Origin: Mayamaea pseudoterrestris
Lineage: Eukaryota
Reading direction: 5' to 3'
Length of the DNA stretch: 64,000 nt
NCBI GenBank assembly: GCA_027923505.1
Contig: BROI01000014.1
Span: 310,001 to 374,000 of the forward strand
Shown here: positions 42,610-53,989 of the stretch, in pieces
Layout of the letters: each line of letters opens with the position of its first letter
How positions within the stretch are numbered: the stretch's first letter is position 1
Made by a program: the position numbers and the translations under genes
Notes under the pieces: generated by a model
Told to the model about the DNA's origin: nothing
Database searches by the model: none
The model's input: the letters and a program-made list of their open reading frames with translations, nothing else

Positions 42610-45574
42610 ATGACCATCTTGTTGCTGCGCAGCGTTGCGCTCCTGCGTCATCGAGCCGCAGCATCATGCTCGCTGCGAGCGCTGTCAGCAGCCGCCGTCC
42701 ACGTTCCGCCACCGCCAACGTCCAACCACAAGCACTCGCCGCTGCCAGGTGCTGTTGGAACGATTGTCTATACGGGTATGTGTGTGTGTGTGTATGTGTG
42801 TGCAGTATCTAGTGTTGCTTGCCATGGGGATCGAATGATATGCAAGACATTAGCATTGATGACTCATGACGATTCTTTCATTCCATTAGAAACTGACGAA
42901 GCTCCGGCGCTCGCAACCTACTCGTTATATCCCTACCTTAGCAAGGTACGAAGATTGGAGCAAATAGGAGCTCACTGTTATGTCTTCTATTTGCGCTCGA
43001 GCCGTTCGATGATATCGCCTGCATAAACTCACACTCCAACCACTTCATATTCTTTCACTCACAGTTTTCCGCCGCGGCAAACATTGACATTGTTCCATGC
43101 GACATTTCGCTCGCGGGACGCGTCTTGGCCGCCTTTCCCGAGTTTCTGGAGGAGGACCAGCGCGTTCCAGACAATTTGTCGTATTTGGGCAAGCTGGCGC
43201 TGCAGCCGGATTGCTGCATTGTCAAGCTTCCCAACATTTCGGCGCCGCTCGGGCAGTTGCAGAGGTATGCTGCTGCTATGCTATGCTTTTCTTATTTTTC
43301 TTACATGTTAATAACCTTCTCCATTTCATTCCCCTCGCCATGACAGCTGCATTTCCGAACTCCGCAACAAGGGCTACAACGTTCCGCTCTATCCCACGGA
43401 ACCACGAAACGAATCCGAGCAGCAAATCCAACACCGCTACCAGTCCATTATGGGATCCGCCGTCAATCCAGTCTTGCGCGAAGGCAACTCGGATCGCCGG
43501 GTGGCTTTGCCGGTCAAGCTGTACGCGCAAAAGAATCCACACCGCATGGGCACCTGGAGCAAGGCGTCGCGCACGCACGTGGCGCACATGACGCATGGAG
43601 ACTTTTATCAAAACGAAAAGAGTGTTATCATGGAAGAAGATACCAATGTGGAAATTGTGTTGGAAGCGGCGGATGGTTCGACGAAAGTACTCAAGTCGGA
43701 CTTGGCGCTATTAAAGGGAGAGGTTGTGGATGCCTCCTTCATGAACGTTGAAGCGCTTTGCGACTTTTATGAGTCGGAGATTCAGGACGCCAAGGACACG
43801 GACACGTTGCTTTCTCTGCACTTGAAGGCTACCATGATGAAGGTTAGCGATCCGATCATGTTTGGCCACGCCATCAAGGTGTTCTTCAAGGATGCCTTTG
43901 CCAAGCACAAGGAGACGTTGGAATCTATCGGAGCAAATCCCAACAATGGTTTGAGTGCCGTGCTGGAGCAGATTCGTGCCAAGCTGCCGAGCGAGCAAGC
44001 CAAGGAGATTGAAGCTGACTTTGAAGCCTGCTACGAAGACCGACCGTGGCTTGCAATGGTGGACTCGGACAAGGGCATTACCAACCTGCACGCTCCCAAT
44101 GATATTATCATTGATGCCAGCATGCCAGTTGTCATTCGAGATAGTGGAAAAATGTGGAACAAGTGTAATGAACTTGAGGACACAAAGTGCTTGATTCCGG
44201 ATCGGTGCTACGCTACTATTTATCAGGAGGCAATCAGCTACGTCAAGACGAACGGACAGTTTGATCCGGCGACGATGGGCAGTGTGGTAAGTGACACAAG
44301 TGAATGCATTTGATACTATCCTGCGGTCTAAATCATCCGTGAGTCTCACTCTATTCGTCTCGTTTTCCCATGACAGGCAAACGTTGGTGCGTCAATTACC
44401 ATTCTTTCCTTGCCGCTTATACATCGTTGAAACCACTGTCGTTAGGACTAACACCATCTTCTTTTTAAATTTAACATCGCAGGACTAATGGCGGCAAAGG
44501 CAGAGGAGTACGGGTCGCATGACAAGACATTTGAGATCCCGGAGGCTGGCAAGGTGCTTGTCAAGGATAAGACGTCAGGCAAGACAATCTTTGAGCACTC
44601 GGTCGAGAGCGGTGACATTTGGCGCATGTGCCAGACCAAGGATATAGCCATCAAGGATTGGGTCCGCCTTGCTGTGAAACGTGCCGTGGCCACTAACGAT
44701 CGCACAGTTTTCTGGCTCGATCGGCGCCGAGCACATGATGCAAACTTGATCAAAAAGGTGAATGAGTATCTGACCCTGTATGACACTGACGGTTTGGATA
44801 TTAGCATTATGCGACCTGTCGATGCAATTCGCATATCCATGGAGCGTGCAACAGATGGTCGCAACACTATTTCTGTGACTGGAAATGTCCTTCGTGATTA
44901 CTTGACAGGTGAGTGGCAAAGCAGAGCACAGTTGTTAGTCACCGGATGTTCCGCGGCCTCAAGCATCTGGAAAGGCCATCATTGCTGACCTCCTTGTACT
45001 ATACAATTTACACCCAGACCTGTTCCCAATTTTGGAGCTTGGAACGTCTGCCAAGATGCTTTCGATCGTGCCGCTGCTTGCCGGTGGCGGTTTGTACGAG
45101 ACTGGAGCCGGAGGGTCCGCACCAAAGCATGTTCAGCAATTCACAAAGGAGGGTCACTTGCGCTGGGATAGCCTTGGCGAGTACTTGGCCATGGCGGTTG
45201 CATATGAAGGCCTTGCCGACAGGGATCCAAAGGCGAAAATGCTTGGCGACTGCTTGAACAAGGCTGTCGGTCGCATTCTCGACAACCGAAAGAGCCCTTC
45301 ACGAGCTGTGAACCAAATAGACAACCGCGCGACAAACTATTACGTTGCTTTATACTGGGCTGAATACTTGTCGCAGGTTGATGAAGCCTTTGTTTCGATC
45401 TACCACTCCCTCGCCGAGAACCGCGCCAAGATTGTGGAGGAGTTCAAGGCGTGCCAAGGTGCACCCGTTGACCTTGGCGGCTACTATTTATTTGATAGCC
45501 AGTTGGCGCACAAGGCTATGAACCCGTCACCCACGTTGAACGCCATTCTTGATGGCTTTGGACCCAAGATTTAG
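42610..45574 (+). CDS. IDH: Monomeric NADP-dependent isocitrate dehydrogenase (bacterial monomeric type), mitochondrial presequence, 7 exons
   Basis: Exons 42610-42775, 42890-42945, 43065-43264, 43347-44286, 44377-44386, 44483-44908 and 45018-45574, all GT-AG. They restore [75 protein letters not shown] and [21 protein letters not shown]. Confidence 0.95.
42776..42803 (+). repeat. Imperfect (GT)n microsatellite at the start of IDH intron 1
   Basis: GTATGTGTGTGTGTGTGTATGTGTGTGC. Confidence 0.8.
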
Positions 45575-45725
45575 TTTGGAGACTTACGAGTGAATTAGTT
45601 AAGCTGGCTATCGATGAAGAAGGTTCTAATGACGATTTTTATACCTAATGAGTAGAGAGTCAATCTGCCACTAATAGGGAATGTTCTTTTAAAAAAGTCT
45701 TGATATCACTTTTAAACTTTTTATT

Positions 45726-47025
45726 CTAATTGCGACCAAAGAAAAACTCTTCCACAAGCGACCGCTCCTGCTGTTGTCGCTGACATGTGCACTCATAGTC
45801 GCCACCGAGCATATCCTTGTAGTACTGGCAAACATCTCTCAATTCATCCGTCGGATCAATGGCGCCCGAGTACAAGTAATCAAAGGCATAGAAAAAGGCA
45901 ACCACCGTACCGGCCGTGCCAACAATGAACCACAAGACTCTCCAAAAGCGATTCTCAATCTCCCAGGCGAAAATCGTCCATCCAACCAAAATGCCAGCAG
46001 CCAGACCACCCTGCAACAAGTAAAAAAGCAGTGACGAAGATGAGAAACGGCAAGAATGCAGTTGCAAGTCCCAGACAAAGAAGATCAGCGGCGTGATCCA
46101 AAAGACTTACCACATGCGCCGCCCAATCAACATAAGGAATAAAGCTAAACAACAAAATCAGCACGACACTGCACGACACGACGCAGCACTGCTCCTTGCG
46201 CACCGACTGACCCACGCGATCCTGCTTGGTGCGCACCCGCTCACACGCCTTTAACACCACTTCGGCAAGCTTGGCGCCAAAGAGTCCCATGACGGCGCCA
46301 CTCGATCCGACGGAGAGCGCATTGGGCATGACAATGCACGACAATACCGACGAGCCAATCGCACTAGTCAAGTAGATCAAACACCATCGCAAACTGCCCC
46401 ACTCCTTTTCGAAAAACACGCCAGTCTCCAACTGCACGGCAACGTTGCAAATCAAGTGAATGACACCAGCGTGCAGCAAAATGGGCGTGAGCAGTCGATA
46501 GTACTCATTCTCATCCAATATCAAGACTGTATTTTTCGCGCCCCACTCGGACAAGACGCTGGGATAGGGGCCCCACATGGGATTGATTTGGAGCGGCGCA
46601 ATGCCGCACTGCACCATCATGCAAACTAAAATGGCAGTTTGCGCGAGCGAAAACAAAATGCTGCAGTAGCCGTATTGCTGGCGGACAATGTAGACTTCGT
46701 TTTCATCGGAAGCGTTGGAGTTGTCGTCGTCGTTGCTTCGTTTGCGGCGTCCCTTTTTCGTGGCGCCGCCTCCCTTGAGGCCAGTGTCATGCGACGACTC
46801 CACGTCTCGCACGTAGATATCATGCTGCTCCACCTCCAGCGCCTGGTAGTTGGTCTTTGGTTCATCGTTGTAGATATTGGATATCTTGAGAGTCGAGTCA
46901 AGGTCAACGGTACTTGCATCGTTTACTTCGTAAAGGTCATCACTCGTCAAGGCATTGGCGTCACGCTGCTGCTGCTTGTTGCGAAAGGGATTCTTCAAGC
47001 GACTTGCACCTGCTGATCGAGTCAT
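45726..47025 (-). CDS. Rhomboid intramembrane serine protease (catalytic residues intact), 2 exons
   Basis: YYRLLTPILLHAGVIHLICN, catalytic GSSG, and AAHVGG restored across intron 46110-46011 (GTAAGT...TTGCAG). Confidence 0.9.
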
Positions 47026-47421
47026 TATGTATCGTTTCTAGGCAAATCAAGTTAAAGAGTATATATAGAATGAAATAGGACTATTGTTTGGCGTTTTGGT
47101 CAGCTTCACAGTGACAATGATCAATGCAGTCGGCAGCAAAATTTGGTCAACGGAAAGCCCACGATTCTTTGGCAGCCGATGATGTCGTAGCGGTACTGAT
47201 AGACTTTGGAAACGGACGTGTGGTGTGTCGCACCGCCGAGTCATTTTGGCCGCTCCAATGCATTCGCCATGCGTCGCAGCAGGTCAAACCAATCCGCATC
47301 GTCGTCGTCATCCAACGATACAGTAAACGAGTTTCTTGACCCTCTCCCTCATCATCTCCTTCTCGTTTCACTGCTTGTTCACTCGTCTCTTCTTTCCAAT
47401 CAAAATTAAATACATCAAACC

Positions 47422-48523
47422 ATGTCGTCTACAGCACCAGTCGTCAAAATTCCAGGAGTCGCCGACGACTTTTTCATTGTCAAAAAGGGAGGTCTTTCGC
47501 AGGCGCAGGCAATGACGGCCTACCTGGGAGGCAGCATGTTTCAAACCATTTGCGATAACCCCATTACGGCGTATCGGTGAGTTTGAACGAAGTGTAGTGT
47601 ATAGTGTATGGCTTGCTCTCATGGCACGGCAAGACCTTCGCACCTCTTTCCGTTTCACTCCAATCTCACTCGAACCAATATCTCCTCCATACTTTTATAT
47701 AACATACAGCCAACTGGTCCAACAGTACGCCAAAGACTTGGCCGGCAAACCCGTCGACCCCAAGATTGCCTCGCAGGAAGCCAAGGCCATTTTCCGCGCG
47801 CACCCCGTCTCCGCCTCACTCTCCGGCGTCGGCCCTCGCTTGGTGGGCGTCGGCTTCAAGCGCATCCCCAAGTTTGGCGTCTTGTTGGGCTTTTCCTTTT
47901 TCCTCGGCGAGGGCGAGAATCCAGGCTTCATTGCCGCCACGGCGGCCAGTATCTTGAGCGCCCCCTTTATTAATCCGATTCGCATGATTGAAAAGCAGCA
48001 GCGGGCCTTCTACAAGCAGTCGGGCAAGCAAAAGCCCATTATGGAAATTTTGCGCGAGGCAGCCGCGCAACGCTTCGTGCCGCTCTTTCGCGGCACCATT
48101 CCACTCATGGGCCACTCCTTGGCGAGTGCGTTGCTCGGCTTGGTGGGACAGCCGCGGCTGCAAAAGTATATTCAGGCGGAACTGGGAGACAAGACGAGCT
48201 TGGGACGATCGGCGACGGGCTTTGTTGCGAGCGCCTGCGTGAGTCCCATCTACGTGGTGGTGACCAACCCGCTGAGTCGGTTGGAAGTCATCATGCAGAC
48301 GAATAGCATCGCCGGCAAGCGAATCACGGTGGTGGAAGCGGTCAAGGAAATGGCCACGGACATGACCACGTTTGGTTTGAGAGGCGTGTTTCGTGGGCAG
48401 GGAATTGGTATCGCCAAGGCAATTGTTTCCTTGAGTCTGTTCCATGAGGGCAGACATTTTTTGCAGGATTTCTTCAAGGCGTACAATGTCAAGCATGACT
48501 TGGTTCCGGATGAACACAAGTAA
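47422..48523 (+). CDS. Atypical mitochondrial carrier family (SLC25-like) protein, 2 exons
   Basis: Exon 1 47422-47576, intron 47577-47709. Three ~100-aa repeats with NPITAYR, NPIRMIE and NPLSRLE, followed by SLSGVGP, LFRGTIP and GLRGVFRG. Confidence 0.8.
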
Positions 48524-48816
48524 AGGAGGACATTGGCTGGCGCAGCAATGCTTGCGAGAAGGAAGATGAAGAACAAGAACATCATGCTGTAAAATAGACG
48601 GTTAAAATATTTTATTGAGTTTCCCTAAAAGAAGGAAAGAAAACATGGTAAAAAGAATGTTGACGTGTGAGTGCTTGAAACCTTCTAGTTTGTAAGTTCT
48701 ACATCGTTGAGTTCGTCGTAGCTTATCAGATCCTGTTCAACTTGTATGACATTGATGTAGTATACAAGCATGCATCGCATTTATGCATTCGTTGCGATAA
48801 GCCGCAATCAGGTTTT

Positions 48817-48898
48817 ACTAGGTTAGTAATCAATAGCTAGGCTGCAGTTGTCGCCTCACTAGGTTAGTAATCAATAGCTAGACTGCAGTTGTCGCCTC
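48817..48898. repeat. Intergenic direct tandem duplication 2 x 41 bp (1 mismatch)
   Basis: ACTAGGTTAGTAATCAATAGCTAG(G/A)CTGCAGTTGTCGCCTC at 48817 and 48858. Confidence 0.95.
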
Positions 48899-48968
48899 AT
48901 TCGTGAGCAACAAGTCCCACGACCGCGCCAACCGCGCCGAAATGCTTCACTTTCGTTCCTCTTCCACC

Positions 48969-50153
48969 ATGACGCAAAGACGCATTGTCAGCCCCGCAAG
49001 TAGCGCCAGCGACCTATCAGAAGCCCTGACAGTACCAATTATTGCAATGCCACCAGTAGTTACATCAATGAAACCTGAAAAGCCGACAGAAAATGGCAAT
49101 ACAGCATCGTCACTACCGAAGGACAACAATCGCACCGTCAAAGACGCTTCGCAACTCAAGCTTTCCATGCTCTTTGATCCGTCGCTGCCATGGATATTGG
49201 TAGAGAATGGATCGCTGGGAGGTCACTTTGACTGGGTACCCGAACATTTTCGCGTCGGAGGATGGAGTTACGTTGCAATAGTATACTTGACAGCACTCTT
49301 GGCGGCTGCAGTTTCATTCGGAGTTTATTTGTATCAGCAAAAGGAATCCATCTCGAGTTGGTGGAGTGATGATTTTGAAAGTTGCAACATAACGAACGAG
49401 GAACAGACGTCTGTCAATGCTTCGAATGGACAATGGGTTAATAAGCTCTTGTCTCGATTCGTACAAACCGTCAAGGAGGAGACAGTTATTGAATCCGACG
49501 CTTGTCTACAAAGCGCCAAGAATTATCCGGGCCCTTACTCTATTCAATGGCTATACAATACACTGGGATGTCTATGGATGCTCTATGTCATGCATTCCAT
49601 CATGAACAAGAGTCCCATGGGCTTGAAAGCATGGGGTACGTACACGGTGCAAAGCTGGACCTTGCTGACGATTCGTCACGGTTTGAGCAGCTTGGCCCCC
49701 TTTAGCAAGACGGCAGCCTTGCTTTCGGAGGTGATTCGCTTTCCGGCCGCTTGCTCGGCAACCGTCACGTTTCTGGTTTGGAACATGGCGCTCGTTCCAT
49801 TTATTTACTTCCAGGCAATGGATACGGCAGAAAAGCGCAAAGGCTTTGTCAAGTTTTGCTTCAGCTTTCGGCTCGTTCAGATTCACCTGCTAAACATTGT
49901 CTATTGCTACTTGAACATTGCTTGGGCTAGCCCTCCGCGCGAGCTGCATGCTATGGACTTTTATCTGGCTTTGGTCTTTGTCTTGGCCTACATGATGTTT
50001 TATCTGTTGGTCCTTGATCGGATTGGAATTCACTTGTACCCCATTTTCAGTCCAAGGTTGCGGGGAATGGTTGTGCTGAGTTGGACGGGTGTACTTGGCT
50101 TATACGCCTTGGCATTTTATGGATGGAAGACAATACTTGGCAATGGTTTATAA
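48969..50153 (+). CDS. Multi-pass membrane protein, possibly FAR-17a/AIG1-like
   Basis: About 7 hydrophobic segments, with YTVQSW, VTFLVW, QIHLLN and HLYPIF motifs. Start is 48969 (CCACC-ATG) or 48942. Confidence 0.65.
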   Translation: MTQRRIVSPASSASDLSEALTVPIIAMPPVVTSMKPEKPTENGNTASSLPKDNNRTVKDASQLKLSMLFDPSLPWILVENGSLGGHFDWVPEHFRVGGWSYVAIVYLTALLAAAVSFGVYLYQQKESISSWWSDDFESCNITNEEQTSVNASNGQWVNKLLSRFVQTVKEETVIESDACLQSAKNYPGPYSIQWLYNTLGCLWMLYVMHSIMNKSPMGLKAWGTYTVQSWTLLTIRHGLSSLAPFSKTAALLSEVIRFPAACSATVTFLVWNMALVPFIYFQAMDTAEKRKGFVKFCFSFRLVQIHLLNIVYCYLNIAWASPPRELHAMDFYLALVFVLAYMMFYLLVLDRIGIHLYPIFSPRLRGMVVLSWTGVLGLYALAFYGWKTILGNGL

Positions 50154-50383
50154 TGGTCGCATAAAAAGATACAAAACACTGATTGCAAGGTGACTATTTG
50201 CTTCCTAGGCAAAGTTTGTTGGTACCAACATCCATACCTTATAACATTCACACCTTATTATTTACAATACATCGGCTCGTGTTCCTAGGCAATACTCTTG
50301 CGCAGGATTCGACTTTGCGATGTAAAATACACAGAGAACTTTTATTCACCCGCGAACATGCTATCGGCTTTCAACCTCGCTTT

Positions 50384-52516
50384 CTACCGGCTTTCGACGT
50401 CGCTATCAGTAAAACTGGCGCCGTCTGGATCAGTATCAAAGCTGGATCCTTCGCCAATGTCCTCGCTGTGGAAATGGGGCAAGCTTTCGTCTTCATCGTC
50501 GGTAGCATCAGCTTCCTGGATAGGGCTGCGCTTGCGGAAGGGAGCATCTGAATTGTCATCGGTTTCGTTGCTCTTCAAGTCCAGCAAGTAGTCAATGCGT
50601 TCGTTGACGGGCTTGCTGGTGTTGCTGCGCGTGCTGAACGCACGATTGCTATTCGCCGTTGCTTTGCTTCTGTGTGAATACTTGCTGTCCGAGCCACTGT
50701 AGACAGTTTTTACGCGATGGCTACCAGGAATGGCAGAGTCGAGGAGAGAAACATCACGCACCGTCGTATCGTATACGCTTTCTCGGATATAAGCAGGGTC
50801 ACATGTAGGATCATTGAGATTCTGCAAGCGCTCTTGCTCTTTCTTTCGTTCCTCTACATGCGAGCTCATGGCTTCTGCAACTGCGGCTCGCTCAGCGTCA
50901 AACACCCTGATCTGAGCAAGATAATTCAATCGTTTCGCTAACAGCTCTTGAATCTCTTGATCGACCCGAAGCAAGTGGTTCCGAGCTTCCTCTTCCTCGC
51001 GACTTTTGTTCGTCTGCGCATCAGCTGTAGACTGCATGTAGCTGACTGTCACTTCCTCGTCGTCTGGACATATCATGCCCGTCTTCATAATCATTTCCAC
51101 CAAGTCACGCGACATGTGGTCACGTAAAGCCTTGGGCGAACAGTTGCGATACCATGCATACTGCTTGCCCATGGGCCGCACGCCAATTGTGCGTGTATTG
51201 CAGTACACGTCAATTCGTACCTGTTCCACCGTTTCAAAGCACAAGACTTGGCTGTTCGGATGATAGTCCTTTTCCTGGACGCTCTCAATTGTGGAAGCCA
51301 CTCCACGCACAAATTCAATGCTCCAACCATCCTTGTTGGTTGCCGCTGCCATGCCTACCTGCTTTGACATGACAACGGCTTCGTTACTCGTCGGTTCACC
51401 TTCATTCAGCACCTTCAGTACGCTGTCCCTTCCTCGTCGATCGAAAAGCCACCCATCTGTTCCTACAATTCGATAGTATCGAACGCCTTGCTCATCAGTG
51501 ACTTGCAAATCCGCTTGCAGCAAAGTACCTGGTCGAAACGGCTTGGCTTTGTGAACAATCTTGTCTTGGTCGTCCATTGGAAATCGACGGAGCGACAAGC
51601 CAACTGGATGGTTTAAAACTTCCAGATGCGCCTGCACGGCCATTATTGGAACTTGCCGCATTATCTCCATTCCCTCCTTTCGCACAAAGACCCATCCACT
51701 TCCATCCGTCAGGCGCAAGTAGGGGCCGTTTGTCGATGACGACGTCACGTGATTCTCAGTATCCGAGTCGCTGAATGATGATGAGAAACCTGCACTGGAT
51801 CCTTCCTCTCGCAGGCTCGGCCTCGTTCGAATGACATTTACCGTTACAATTTGACCCTGCTTGACGGCATGGTTTGTCATGCAACTATTGGCACTGCTGC
51901 ATTGACTTCGCACGCAAAGACTTTTCAAAGCAACAAAGGCAAACAAGCCAGTCTGCACTTTGTTTGCCGGCAGAAGCATGTTGACCGGGTGGTCAAGTCG
52001 TCGGTCGACAATCCAGCCACTGTCCGTGCCTTGGACGCGGTACCACGTAATTTTGGAAACTGGATGAGTGACCTTGCAGTCGCAGAAGACGAGTTGCATG
52101 GGAGCGTAAATGATGGGCGCTTGGTCCAAACTGTCGGTCGGCGGCAAGTGCATTTCGGCAGAGTCAATGGGGTGTTTGCGAAGGGCCTGACCAACTGGGT
52201 AATTGTCGATGTAAAACTTCCAGAGACCAGTTTTGACTGGAACCTGTTGAATCTGCACATTTGTCAAGGAGGTTTGTGGGAGCCAGCCAGAGCTGTCGCT
52301 CAGGCGAAGGTACGAAGTGGAGGTGACAGACGTCCGTCTAATTGTTGTTTCGCTCTCATCCAACGATCGCACTGCGTCGACAGAAATTAAATCGCCCGGA
52401 TGGAATCGCTGACTCGTCGCATAGTCCGCATGGGGACAAGGTCGAACGCGTGGTCGTAGTGGCTCATGCACAAGGTAAACGAAGCAACCTCGGTGCTCTG
52501 TGAATGGATCCTGCAT
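50384..52516 (-). CDS. Protein with four SH3b-like domains, an unnamed alpha/beta domain and a coiled coil (paralogue A)
   Basis: Repeats end YLRLSDSSGWL, WYRVQGTDSGWIVDRR, YLRLTDGSGWVF and YYRIVGTDGWLFDRR. Collinear with 57591-59603. Confidence 0.75.
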   Translation of the reverse strand: MQDPFTEHRGCFVYLVHEPLRPRVRPCPHADYATSQRFHPGDLISVDAVRSLDESETTIRRTSVTSTSYLRLSDSSGWLPQTSLTNVQIQQVPVKTGLWKFYIDNYPVGQALRKHPIDSAEMHLPPTDSLDQAPIIYAPMQLVFCDCKVTHPVSKITWYRVQGTDSGWIVDRRLDHPVNMLLPANKVQTGLFAFVALKSLCVRSQCSSANSCMTNHAVKQGQIVTVNVIRTRPSLREEGSSAGFSSSFSDSDTENHVTSSSTNGPYLRLTDGSGWVFVRKEGMEIMRQVPIMAVQAHLEVLNHPVGLSLRRFPMDDQDKIVHKAKPFRPGTLLQADLQVTDEQGVRYYRIVGTDGWLFDRRGRDSVLKVLNEGEPTSNEAVVMSKQVGMAAATNKDGWSIEFVRGVASTIESVQEKDYHPNSQVLCFETVEQVRIDVYCNTRTIGVRPMGKQYAWYRNCSPKALRDHMSRDLVEMIMKTGMICPDDEEVTVSYMQSTADAQTNKSREEEEARNHLLRVDQEIQELLAKRLNYLAQIRVFDAERAAVAEAMSSHVEERKKEQERLQNLNDPTCDPAYIRESVYDTTVRDVSLLDSAIPGSHRVKTVYSGSDSKYSHRSKATANSNRAFSTRSNTSKPVNERIDYLLDLKSNETDDNSDAPFRKRSPIQEADATDDEDESLPHFHSEDIGEGSSFDTDPDGASFTDSDVESR

Positions 52517-52906
52517 GATAATTTGCACCTCTCTCGCTGTGACTCGTTTCGTTTCGTTCCGTTGCCTCTTTCGTCTCTTACTTATGATTCTCTATCAGCA
52601 GCTTGTATATTCGTTCCGAGTGTTCATGTACTCTGACATGGCCGATTCGAACGGATGTGGTCGAACAAGCATTCCGACGAGGCGCGTGACGGATCGCCAA
52701 AAAGCGATGTGCTCCGTGGTGATAGCAAAAGATCATTTCATGCATGTGAAACTAACACTCGGAGACGCTAGTGAGTAAGAAAACGAATGTATCGTAATGG
52801 ATGTTACCCACCAATGGAAAGTAGGAGTACTGTGCTCACTGTTAGTAAACAAGCTTGGTAGTAGTATTGGTTGCATAAGTATTTTAGCAAAGACGTAATC
52901 TAAGCT

Positions 52907-53989
52907 TCATTTATCAACTTTTCTAGAGCAGTGGTGGCTCGTTTTTGCTGCTGACCCGCACAACTGAATTTCGTCGGATGCAATCGCAAATACTGTCTCT
53001 TCCATGAGACCGGCGGCACGGGCGCGAGCGCAAAACAAGTCGACGGCCCACTCGTACAGCAAAAAGTCCTCCTCGTTGTATAGCTTCACTAGAGCGGGTC
53101 CATTGTTGTGCATGAATGTTTCAGTCTGAAACGTCTGGTATTCTCGATTGTCTTGATTGGTGCGCATGCCGCCATTCTCCTTCGTTTGCGGCGGAGCATA
53201 GGCATCTCCAACAGCCTGCAAACCAAAGACGACGCGATTCGGTTGCAGCAAGGAAAAGTCTTGTGACTCGTACAAGAGCATGGCGGATAGAATGGGAAGC
53301 TCGTTGATGCCGAACCACGCAAAGGTGCACAGCCGGTCCTGCGCCTTTCGCAGCGTATGATCAGCCGGTCGGTTTTCATGATAGGCAAATTCGCCGGTGC
53401 TCAGCATTTTGACCATGACGTTGCGGTACTCTGGAGCCCGAATGTAAAAGTCAAACATATTCCAGGAATAGTCGTCCTTTGGTTGCGGCCGATGCGGCGG
53501 TTTGTAGAAAAAGCCACTGAGCAATCGGTTCGTCGGATGACGGAGTGCCGTGACGAGGGGTACGCCAACTTGATCATAGTTTGGCCGATGATCGACACAT
53601 CCAATGATAGACTTGCATCGTAAATCATTTCGCGGGCAGGAGCGACTAGGACCTCGACAGCAAGGATATCCATCAGGTTTGCATCCGACCAGAGCTCTAG
53701 CTTGTAAGGAAAGATGTGAAGATCCAGCCTTCGGTATGCGTATTGAATTTAGTAAATGGTCCTGGTCAAAGTTTTGCTCTTTCAATGATTGAAACGTTTG
53801 ATTGCCAGGCGTCCGAATGACGAAACGCTCAAGTGCAAGATCGTACGCTGCTTGTCGCTGCTCCGTCTCGTTGAAAGTATTGTAAGCCACCATTGGTACA
53901 TCCAATTTGCTACTTTTTCGTACAAAATGAATTGCTACAGCGATTGAGAGAGCAAATATAGATAGTATGATTCGACGTTGGCATCTCAT
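52907..53989 (-). CDS. Golgi-type sulfotransferase-like protein (Sulfotransfer_2-like)
   Basis: TM anchor IILSIFALSIAVAIHFV, IRIPKAGSS, ALRHPTNRLLSGFFY, WFGINE and YNEEDFLLYEWA. Confidence 0.8.
   Translation of the reverse strand: MRCQRRIILSIFALSIAVAIHFVRKSSKLDVPMVAYNTFNETEQRQAAYDLALERFVIRTPGNQTFQSLKEQNFDQDHLLNSIRIPKAGSSHLSLQARALVGCKPDGYPCCRGPSRSCPRNDLRCKSIIGCVDHRPNYDQVGVPLVTALRHPTNRLLSGFFYKPPHRPQPKDDYSWNMFDFYIRAPEYRNVMVKMLSTGEFAYHENRPADHTLRKAQDRLCTFAWFGINELPILSAMLLYESQDFSLLQPNRVVFGLQAVGDAYAPPQTKENGGMRTNQDNREYQTFQTETFMHNNGPALVKLYNEEDFLLYEWAVDLFCARARAAGLMEETVFAIASDEIQLCGSAAKTSHHCSRKVDK

Noticed and set aside
42544..45574. IDH as a fragmented pseudogene
   Set aside because: All breaks are explained by canonical GT-AG introns that restore conserved motifs in frame.
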